Below, piece by piece: positions 38,648 through 49,231 of a DNA stretch of 64,000 bases (its first letter is position 1; each line of letters starts with the position of its first letter). The stretch is from Mobula hypostoma (Eukaryota): positions 136,774,001-136,838,000 of the forward strand of contig NC_086097.1 in NCBI RefSeq assembly GCF_963921235.1, written 5' to 3'. The notes below the pieces were generated by a model that did not search any database, was not told the DNA's origin, and worked only from the letters and a program-made list of their open reading frames with translations. The position numbers and the translations under genes are program-made.

Positions 38648-39250
38648 AAGCAACACACATCAAAGTTGCTGGTGAACGCAGCAGGCCAGGCAGCATCTCT
38701 AGGAAGAGGTACAGCTGACCTTTTGGGCCGAGACCCTTCGTCAGGACTAACTGAAGGAAGAGCTAATAAGAGATTTGAAAGGGGGAGGGGGAGATCCAAA
38801 ATGATAGGAGAAGACAGGAGGAGGAGGGATGGAGCCAAGAGCTGGACAGCTGATTGGCAAAAGTGATATGAGAGGATCATGGGACAGGAGGCCCAGGGAG
38901 AAGGAAAAGGGGGGGGGGGAAATCCCAGAGGATGGGCAAGGGGTATAGTCAGAGGGACAGAGGGAAAAAAAGGAGAGAGAAAGAATGTGTGTATATAAAT
39001 AAATAACGGATGGGGTACAAGGGGGAGGTGGGGCATTAACGGAAGTTAGAGAAGTCGATGTTCATGCCATCAGGTTGGAGGCTACCCAGACGGAATGTAA
39101 GGTGTTGTTCCTCCAACCTGAGTGTGGCTTCATCTTTACAATAGAGGAGGCCGTGGATAGATATATCAGAATGGGAATTGGACATTGAATTAAAATGTGT
39201 GGCCACTGGGAGATCCTACTTTCTCTGGCAGACAGAGCGTAGGTGTTCAG
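38648..39250 (-). mobile_element. Penelope-like 3' fragment (GIY-YIG C-terminus + pseudo-LTR)
   Basis: Reverse complement of 22625-23226 and 40223-40846. Confidence 0.9.
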
Positions 39251-41185
39251 GTGCTGGGTGCGTTCCGGCCATCGCTGTATTCTTCGTGGCCCGGAGGTTG
39301 GGGACCACTGAATTATAAGTCACTTATAAGTCAATAGCATCATAACATTTTAAGTAACGTTTGGATATTAAACACACAGCGCATATTTTCCTCATATGAA
39401 CATATAAGATCATTGCAACACGCCAATATCGCTAAATCAGTGGGAGCCCTGGGCTTGCTTTCTTGAAACAACACGGTCCTATCGAGGGATGATGGGAGAC
39501 AGCGATACTCGAAGGGGGTTCCTTATGTCCAGTCTATTCCGCAATTTAGTTTTCGTTGCACTCATTGCAGAAGACTCCGCTTCGCAGAAATATGTTGGAA
39601 ATGGAAGCAACGTTTTCAGTGCTTTCGTGGCTATCTCCATCTCCGCCGCATCTGCTCTCAGGATGAGGCTTTTCTTTCCAGGATGAGGGAGCTGTCCTCC
39701 TTTTTTAAAGAAAGGGGCTTCCCTTCCTTCACTATCAACTCTGCTCTCAAATGCATCTCCCCCATTTCACGCACATCTGCTCTCACTCCATCCTCCCGCC
39801 ACCCCACTAGGAATAGGGTTCCCCTGGTCCTCACCTACCACCCCACCAGCCTCCGGGTCCAACATATTATTCTCCGTAACTTCCGCCACCTCCAACGGGA
39901 TTCCACCACTAAGCACATCTTTCCCTCCCTCCCCCCTCTCTGCTTTCCGCAGGGATCGCTACCTACACGACTCCCTTGTCCATTCGTCCCCCCCATCCCT
40001 CCCCACTGATCTCCCTCCTGGCACTTACCCTTGTAAGCGGAACAAGTGCTACACATGCCCTTACACTTCCTCCCTTACCACCATTCAGGGCCCCAGACAG
40101 TCCTTCCAGGTGAGGCGACACTTCACCTGTGAGTCAACTGGGGTGATATACTGCATCCGGTGCTCCCGATGTGGCCTTTTATATATTGGTGAGACCCGAC
40201 GCAGACTGGGAGACTGCTTTGCTGAACACCTACGCTCTGTCCGCCAGAGAAAGCAGGATCTCCCAGTGGCCACATATTTTAATTCCACATCCCATTCCCA
40301 TTCTGACATGTCTATCCACGGCCTCCTCTACTGTAAAGGTGAAGCCATACTCCGGTTGGAGGAACAACACCTTATATTCCGTCTGGGTAGCCTCCAACCT
40401 GATGGCATGAACATCGACTTCTCTAACTTCCGCTAATGCCCCACCTCCCCCTCGTACCCTTGTACCCCATCTGTTATTTATTTTTATGCACACATTCTTT
40501 CTCTCACTCTCCTTTTTCCTCCCTCTGTCCCTCTGAATATACCTCTTGCCCATCCTCTGGGTTCCCCCCCACCCTCCCCCATCTTTCTCCCCGGACCTCC
40601 TGTCCCATGATCCTCTCATATCCCCTTTGCCAATCAACTTTCCAGCTCTTGGCTCCATCCCTCCCCCTCCTGTCTTCTCCTATCATTTTGGATCTCCCCC
40701 TCCCCCTCCCACTTTCAAATCTCTTACTAACTCTTCCTTCAGTTAGTCCTGACGAAGGATCTCAGCCTGAAATGGCAACTGTATCTCTTCCTAGAGATGC
40801 TGCCTGGCCTGCTGCGTTCACCAGCAACTTTGATGTGTGTTGCTTGAATTTCCAGCATCTGCAGAACTCCTGTTGTTCAGGATATTCAGCCTTGACTTTC
40901 AGCCAGAATGCCGGCAGAGTGTTATGTCAAACATACTTTTCAGCCCACCGGCATTTGCAAGCTCGAGGAGTTGATCTTTTTCCCGCGCTGACATGGATGA
41001 TTCACCAGGGACTTTCACAAATGGGTCACGGACCCATTCCTTTGCACGTCTTGGGTCACTGATGACCTTGCGTGCATTAAAATTCAACAGTGCGTGACAG
41101 GGAATGAGGAAAGTTGCAGCTGACTCATATCATTTCATATCGCCAAATCATATCATTTCCTCGCGGCCTGGTGGTTGGGGTCCAC
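39251..41185 (-). mobile_element. hAT Charlie/Buster-type deletion derivative (transposase C-terminal dimerisation domain) split by a Penelope insertion
   Basis: EWVRDPFV..EKDQLLELAN..FWLKVKAEYP|EIATKALKTLLPFPTYFCEA..SAM..TKTKLRNRLD..LRVSLS..QAQGSH* (stop 39437-39439); hAT-type ends ggttggggaccactg (39296-39310) and ggttggggtccact (~41173-41186). Confidence 0.82.
39635..40877 (+). mobile_element. Young 5'-truncated Penelope-like element
   Basis: Near-identical to 22042-23258; GIY-YIG ORF 40110-40436; mutated hammerhead at ~40745-40780. Confidence 0.92.
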
Positions 41186-41726
41186 TCTTAGCACGAAGAG
41201 AGACCAATCAGGATGCTCGCTCTCCTGCTCCCTCCCAAAAAAATCTATTTCCGGGATATTGTATATAATTTCCAGGCGTCAGGGAGCACTATCGATATGC
41301 GGGAGACTCCTGGAACTTCCGAGAGAGGTGGGATGTCTGTGTAAGAATGTAAGTCCCATTTAAACTGTGAACCTAGCCAGTAAAATTTGCACCAACTTGG
41401 TTGCACATGGTGACTTTTAGAAGTTGTTATGTTAATTAGTGAGCATATGTGCCATGCAGAGAACTAGAAACAACAACTGTTGGGGCTCGAGGGCTTTCCC
41501 AGCAAACTGTGCTGGCCAGAGGAAATCTTGTTTTGCTTGAACAGGTACTGACTCTTCAGGAGCAACAACTTTGTTAATAATATAAACAAAAATCAGATTT
41601 ATAATCACTGACTTAGTTGACGTAAGATTTGCTGCTTTGCAGCAATATAATGCAACAGCATAAAATGTCTATAACTTACAAAAATAAATAATCACTGCCT
41701 AACAAATAGAATAACGAAGTAGTGTT

Positions 41727-41948
41727 ACAAACATTTTGCTGGAGGAACTCAGCAGGCCATGTTGCATCTGTGGGAGGAAAGGAAATGGTGATGTTTCTGG
41801 TTAAAACCTTGCATCCAGACTGCTGACTCATTGTTTCAACCCAAAGCATTGACAATCCTATACCTCCCACAGATGCTGCCCAACCCACTGAGTTCCTAAA
41901 GCGGATTGTTTGTTGCTTCAGATTCCAGCATCTGCAGTCTCTTGTATC
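41727..41948. mobile_element. Older Penelope-type foldback element
   Basis: gctggaggaactcagcagg..gcatctgtgggagg versus cctcccacagatgctgcc..ctgagttcc as inverted arms. Confidence 0.65.
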
Positions 41949-42369
41949 TATGGGTAGTGTTTATGGACTGTTCAGAAATCTAATGGCAGAGGGAAAGAAG
42001 CTATTGCTATTTCAGAACTGTCGAGTGTACCCGGCTCCTCGATGGTAAAAGTCATGTGGAGGGTGGTGAGGGTCTTCAGATTGCCTCTTAAAGATATCTC
42101 TCTCAAGGCTGGAGAGGGCTGTGCCTGTGACAATAAGGTATTTACAATAACAGTATTATAAGAACCAGATTGAAAGTAATTATTCATGTAAACATGTGCA
42201 CCACTCTAGAAAGCAATACATTATATTGCACCATTGTACCTTCTTTTTGCAAATGTGTTATTGCTCCACAAGGTTTTCCGCAATGATATCCAACCCTGCT
42301 TTTAGCTGTTTTTGTCATGTGGAATTGTTTTTCCAAACATGCCTGGATTAAACTCCATAAATTGAAGTG

Positions 42370-43080
42370 TCGCATTTGGGAGATTGAATGTAAAGTGAAA
42401 GTACACAGTCAATGCCAGGACCTTTTAACAGCATTGATGTATGGAGGTGTTAAAGAATGTGGATAGCATGCTCACCTTTATTAGTCATGGCGTTGAGTTC
42501 AAGAGTCTGGATGTTATGCTGGAGCTTTATAAAACATTGGGTAGGCCACATCTGGAGTACTGCATTCAATGCTGGTTATCCTGTTATAGGAAGAATTTGG
42601 AGGGTTTGGAGATGTGCAGTAGAGGTTAATCAGGATGCTGCGTGGATTAGAATGTATGAGCTGTAAGGAGAAGTTAGACAAATTACGGTTGTTTTCTCTG
42701 AACCTTGGAGGCTGATGGAAGACCTGACAAAAAGTTCATAAAACTGTGAGGCTTAGATAGTCAGTATATTTTTCCAGGGTCAAATATTAGAGAGCATGCA
42801 TTTAAGGGGGAAAGTTCAAAGGAGATGTTTGGAGCAAATTTTGCACAGAGTGGTAGGTGGCAGGAATGCACTGCCAAAGGTGGTGGTGGAGGCAGACATG
42901 ATGCCTCATTTAAAAGGCTCTCGGTTAGGCACACAAATATGCAGAGAATGGAGGGGTACGGACTATGTGTAGGCAGAAGAGATAAGCTGAAATAAGTGTC
43001 ATTAGCTTAATGAGTTCAACACATCATCGGCTGTGGGGCAAGTGTTTCTGTCTTGTGCTTTTCAACGTTCTATGTTCTAA
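42370..43080 (+). mobile_element. CR1 3' remnant
   Basis: GVEFKSLDVMLELYKTLGRPHLEYCIQ; ttctatgttcta tail. Confidence 0.8.
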
Positions 43081-43735
43081 CTGAAATTATACAGAAAGTT
43101 AATTCAATATTTTGCTTGCATATGTGAGTTCTGTTGCTTTTTTCAAAACTTGCATTTATTATTATTTTGAAGTTTCCTTTTCATGCCTTGCTTTAAATAA
43201 AGCTGTTGTGGTCTGCTGTTCAATGGTTCAAGCTTTGCTTTGTGATTTCCTAGTGTCAGCAGCCATTAAATCAAACTAAAGAGTCCCAGAGGAAATGATG
43301 AGTGCTCTAGGAGAAAATAACCTTTTTGCCTCTTCTTGGGTAAAGGCAAAATTAGAAAGTAATTTCTCCAGCACCACAGAAGTTCCTTTAGAAATCAATA
43401 GTAAACCACTGTTGTATATCCCAAACACACACACTGCTGGCTTTGAGCATTTAAGAAATACCTGACAACTAAATTAGACCCTGGAAGTTTTATTTTATTA
43501 TTGAATATTCAGTATACATTTTCGCTTTGTTCATTTCTTCAACAGTTATAAACTTAATAATGGACTGCATTTATTTTATTCAAAATACAACATTTGATCA
43601 CCGATTTTATTTTGTCATCTTCGATGGTGGAGTTCCAGATGGTTTCAATAGTTTGGTTAAAAGCCTGAACAGATAAGGTTCAAGTAGTCTTAAGCGCATG
43701 GTACAGAGAATCTCCAGGCTAAAGCATTACTGATA

Positions 43736-44270
43736 CACTCAGTGTCCACTTTATTAGGTACATCTGTACACCTCTCGTTTCTGCAAATATCTATCACCCA
43801 ATCATGGCAGCAGCTCAGTGCATAAAAACAGATATGGTTAGGAAGTTTTGTTGTTCAAACCAAACATCAGAATAGGGAAGAAATGCAATCTAAATGACTT
43901 TGATCATGGAATGATTGTTGGTGCCAGATGGGGTGGTTTGAGTATCTCAGAAACTGCTGATCACCTGAAATTCTCATGCTTAGCTGTCTCTAGATTTTAC
44001 AGAGAATACTGTGATTTAAAAAAAAATCAAGTGAGTGACAGTTCTGTGAGCAAAAATAACTTATTAATGAGAAAGGTCAGAGGAGAATGGCCAGACTGCT
44101 TCATGCTGACAGGAAGGCAACAGTAACTCAAACAACCACGCATCACCACAGTGGCATGTAGAGGAGCATCTCTGAATGCACAACACGTCGAACCTTAAAG
44201 TGGATGGGCTACAGCTGCGGAAGACCACACCAGGTTCTACTTCTGTTCCTAATAAAGTGGACACTCAGTG
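43736..44270 (+). mobile_element. Non-autonomous Tc1-like element
   Basis: TA|cactcagtgtccactttattagg ... cctaataaagtggacactcagtg; paired-like HTH GKKCNLNDFDHGMIVGARWGGLSISETAD. Confidence 0.85.
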
Positions 44271-44519
44271 TTGTATAAACTTAATACAGAATGTACCCTC
44301 AGATTGTTCATGGCTTATCCCATGAACTGCCCATTTCTCTTTTTAATTCCATTTAACCATCACTGCTCTGCCGAGCCCTGCGTTTGTCTATATTCAGTAC
44401 CCAGATCAAGTATTCAAAATTATTTCATCTCATTGTTCCTTTGTTTCTTTATTTTGGGAATATGTTGTGATACAATGTTGAAATTTATTTATTTTTTCAT
44501 TTTTATTTATTTATTGAGA

Positions 44520-45715
44520 TACAGCATGGATTAGGCCCTTCTGGCCCTTTGAGCCATTCTGTCCAACAATCCCCCAATTTAATGCTAGCCTAATCATAGG
44601 ACAATTTACAATGACCAATTAACCTACCAATTAGTAAGGCTATGTCCACACTACGCCAGATAATTTTGAAAACAAAGCTTTTTCTCTTCGTTTTGACCTT
44701 CCGTCCACACTGAAACGGTCTCCAGAGTGAATAAATCTGAAAACGCCTAATATCCGTTGCAGTGTGTACAGGGTAACCGGAGCTTCTTAAAACCGCTGTC
44801 ATGACGTGCCGGAACAGATGGCGACAGCACAGCATTCCCCCCTCCTCCCCCCTCCTCCTTCCTTCTTTATTGTCACCAAACAATTGATACCAGAGCATAC
44901 AATCATTACAGCGATATTTGATCCTGCGCTTCGCAGAACCTAACAATTTCAGAACAGACGGCAAAGAGACTAAAGCCAGAAGAGTTAGAAATGTACTCAC
45001 CAAATACTTTGACTCATAGCTTACTGAATAAATAAGCATACTCACTTTGCCCTGTTTTCTGTCCTTGCTTGTATGAAGGTGCTTTACCTATTTATGCAAG
45101 TACTTCTCTGACAATAGATGTGTAACAGCCTAATGTAACATTGTATGGAAATACAAGATAACACTGATGCAGACATGTTTTATACATTTAACAAGGTGCT
45201 TTATTAATGCAACAGAGTTCGTCAGTTTTTCAATGTTCATCGTCAGCCAGGTCATACTGTCCGCGAACTCCCTGTTGGTTGCCTCCATACACTCCAGTAT
45301 TTGTTTTTTTTAGTTTTACGTCCTCCACAAGAGCCAAGAGCAAGTCCTTTTAAGTTGTTCTACTCTGTAACTGGACAAACGCGCACCAAATATATCGTTT
45401 CCTCTTCGCTTGTTTTCTGTGTGTCCTGCGCATGCCCAGTAGGAGGAGATTCGCCCAAATATCCGACTGTGGACAGAGATATTTTGAAAAACGCTCGGTG
45501 TGGATGCCTATCGTTTTTACTCGGAACAGGCGTTTTCAAAATTATCCAGCGTAGTGTAGACGTAGCCTTAGTTTTTGTACTGTGGGAGCAAACTAGAGCA
45601 CCCAGAGGAAATCTATGCGGTGATGGGGAAGACGTACAGACTCCTTGCAGACAGCGGCGGGAATTGAACCAGGTTCGCCTGTACTGTAAAGTGTTGTGCT
45701 AATCATGATGCTACC
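44520..45715 (-). mobile_element. V-SINE split by a DNA transposon
   Basis: 3' half 44520-44635; V-domain half 45570-45715. Confidence 0.6.
44637..45568. mobile_element. Non-autonomous TIR element, probably PIF/Harbinger-like
   Basis: aggctatgtccacactacgccagataattttgaaaac / gttttcaaaattatccagcgtagtgtagacgtagcct TIRs (~37 bp); TA/TWA flanks. Confidence 0.75.
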
Positions 45716-47439
45716 CAAATATATGTTACATTTTAATTAGTTATTATAATATTTGGTTGCTCTTAAACGTATAGTTCCCAGCAGTTCAGATAATTTTAGA
45801 TTTAATTAATTTGGGAAATGTTCCAATGGTGATTTCAGAACAAAATTTTTTTTAAAAAGTTAACTACCACAGTAATGCTACCAAATTGGTAGATCGTGAA
45901 TATGAGTTACATTCCTGAAGCTAAATGCTAAAGATTTGCTTTTTTTGTTATTCCCTTATTCACCTTCTCATTCTATTCAACAAGTTATAGTTTAAAATTC
46001 ATTCTTGATGGATTACTGCAAGAAAGCAAATGAAGGAATGTCAAGTAGTTCTTGAAAGCAGGCAAAGATTTTATTTCCCAGGAAGAATTATACAGTGTAA
46101 CCTCAAGGCTTTATTATTTAACTCTGATCATCTTTCTGTATGTAATGAAATTAACTGTTTGCTAGGGACAGCAAACTTATTCAAACTTTAGAGCTGATGT
46201 GTAACTTTAGTAGGTCAAATATGCAGCAGGTATCAAATCTCAAGTAGTCCTGAGTTGTGCTTTCTTTAATTAGGAAAAGGAATGTTAGAGCAGTGCTGAT
46301 ATGCTGTCAGTAGATAGCGCAAGCGCACTGCTAAACACATCTACCAATGAAAGGTTATACCTTGCAACATGAAATTGCCAGTATTTTCTTTTATAAAATT
46401 ACTATTCCTGTTGCATCTCACTGTTGGGAGAATACATAGTGATGTCAGTAATCTGATTACATCCAAGTCCTCTGGTTTCTTTCATATACGTCTCAGTCTA
46501 ATTGAGAGATTGTCAACACATGGTCATAATTATTGAATCTGAAGGTCTGTGGGATTCCATTTATTAAAGACTGCTCGATACGCCATTCAGTATGATTGAT
46601 TTCGCTAAACATTTGAGTAGAATTTTGTTTCCACTTGAACAAAGATTCTGTGTTCTCAAAGAATGTTTGCTGCTTGCATTCATTTTGAGCATCTCCTCCT
46701 GTGAAATACAAGACTGTGACTGCAATCTGATAGGCAGCGATCTACAGAGACATTCACTTGATTTGACAAGGTGGGAGAGGGCAACTCCCTCTGGCTTCCT
46801 ATAACTTAAAAAAAGGCACTGCCAAAGCTATTTGCTTGTGAAAATTTGACAATCCAAGAAAAATATCCTCTCAATTATATTGCTCCCACAAGGTGGACAC
46901 GTTAATATTTCCACGTGGCAGTGAGCTATATTTACAATAACTTCACTTGCCCCATCACTGAACCGTTCCCACAACCCATGGACACACTTTCAAATACTCT
47001 GTATCTCATGTTCTCGATATTTATTCTTTTTTTTATTATTATTATTATTTCTTTTGTATTTGCACAGTTGTCTTTTGCACATTAGTGGTTTGTCCATCAT
47101 GTTGGGAACGGTCTTTCATTGATTCTTTTATGTTTCTTGGATTTGCTGAGTAAGCCCACAAGAAACAGGGTTGTATATGGTGACATAAATGTGCTTTGAT
47201 AATAAGTTTACTTTGAACTTTCAGCATACTTCCAAACACACAAACTGATTTTTTTATGTTTGCTTTGGAACCATTCTAGTAAATCTCTGCAGTCTCTCAA
47301 AACTTGTGCATCCTTCCTAAATCGCACTTGTTGCAGCTAAACCAGGGCTTTAAAAACTTACCTTCACGAATACACTACCTCAATCTACCAAGCTCAAGAA
47401 CTAGAACGTTTTAATGGAGAAGAAAAGACAAAGGTTAAA

Positions 47440-47715
47440 GATTAACTTTGTACATCAAAGCATACAATGAAATGTGTCATTTGCATCAAATGAAATCAGC
47501 GAGGGTTGTGCTGGGGGGCAACCTGCAAGTGTCGCCGTGCTTCTGGTGCCCATAATCTTACTAGCCCTATTCCTAACCATATATCTTTGGAATGGCAGAG
47601 GAAACCCCACATGGTCACAAGGTGGACGTAAAGACAGCAACAGGACCTGAATCCCAATCGGTGATCACTGGTGCTGTAAAGCGATTGCACTTACCACTGT
47701 GCTACCATGCTGCCC
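47440..47715 (-). mobile_element. V-SINE remnant
   Basis: Colinear with 5880-6190. Confidence 0.6.
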
Positions 47716-49231
47716 TATCAATACTGATTGCCACTTTCAAGGATCTTTATTTGTGAGCCATTGGGTCCTTCTTTTCCTGTAAATTCTTTTGAATGGTGTA
47801 ATAAAGTTTGTAGTTGTAGCCAAAATACATTCTTTTAAATTCAGTCTTCCATGTTTTGCCCGTTCAGCTAGTTTCACTGCCCTGTGCAGACAATTAATAT
47901 CATACTCATTGTTTGCTATTATTCAGCTCTTCTGAAGTTGTTGACCGGTTTTCTGTTCCAAACAAATTCTACTGTAAAACTGGAAAAGGAATATCTTATG
48001 AAACAGCTTTTAATTTGGATCCAATTTAAATTTCCTCTATTATATCTTGATCAATTAACTGAAACATTATATTAACATCAATTACTAATGTTGTCATCAA
48101 CAGTAAGAGATCTTATTAGTTGGCTAACACTGCTAATTTATACTCTTCATCTTGAATCTGAACTTAATTGATTTGAAAATATGTGATCCGGTGTCACTAA
48201 CACATTTTGTTTTAACTAAAGTATGTTCTGAGATTCTCAGAGTGCACTGAGAAGAGCTAGCATCTTGCAAAGACAATGTTTTATCAAAATAAGTTTACAT
48301 CGCTACGCTACTTACAAGGCAACTATGCAAAAACAATGCTCGAAAAGAATGTTGAACTCATCAGCATAATGAATTATCTTCTAAGCATTTCTTTCTTTCC
48401 CCTTTTTAGAAAGTTGCATTGTCACACAGCTGAAATTTCCCCAAAAGTAAATCAAGTTTTTGCATGAATTGATGTTGAGTAGTGAGCTGGAGAAATATTT
48501 CTCTTAAATGAGCATTTGATGTCCTGTAACCTCGAATGCTAAGCTGTGTAGTTTTTTCGGCCAACATCAACACAATTAAGTAGAAATTTGATATACGCCA
48601 GATATATAGCAGTATTACAGTAGCCTTGATATTTTAGGGACAGGTATGTGACGGCTTGTTAACCAGTTCTACCATTTCTAGGAGAATTGAGCATTCCTGA
48701 TTTTAGCTTCCAGGTTTCCTCTTGAGTTTCTTCTTTTAGAATTTTTATTAAGTAATTCACTCAAGAAATGAGATGTGCATTCATTCATTCATCAGTGTTT
48801 TGGCTATGGCTACTATGGCCACTGAAACACATTTCTGATGAAAAGTTACACCGAAGCTCCATCTGCTGTCAGATGGATGGTGATGACCTTGTGTTATTAG
48901 TTTGAAGAAAAGCAGAGGGAGTTTTTCACCCTTGCTGGCAGAAGAATATTACTGAATTAATTATATAATCAGGTCTTCATCACATTGCAATTTGAAAAAG
49001 CTTGCTGTGAGCAATTTGGCTTCAGTGTTTCCTGTGGCAGTATCTTCACTTGAAGTATTTCAGTGGACAGTAAATTATTTTTGATATCCAAAGGATATGT
49101 GCAAGCCTTTCCTTCATTTACTACTATGCTGATATTTTCAAATTATTGGGGAGGCTGATGGTTCAGGCGTGACTATTTTTGTTACACGTCAGAACTAAAT
49201 CTACACAATCAGCACTTTGAAAGTACAATTA

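Noticed and set aside
40436..41062. 208-aa Pro/Ser/Leu-rich ORF (similar ORFs at 22879-23404 and 38575-39036)
   Set aside because: Translations of the pyrimidine-rich Penelope pseudo-LTR; the frame is not conserved between copies.
46290..46332. Small hairpin (gcagtgc...gcactgc) as possible SECIS/miRNA/snoRNA
   Set aside because: Short stems expected by chance; no diagnostic motifs.
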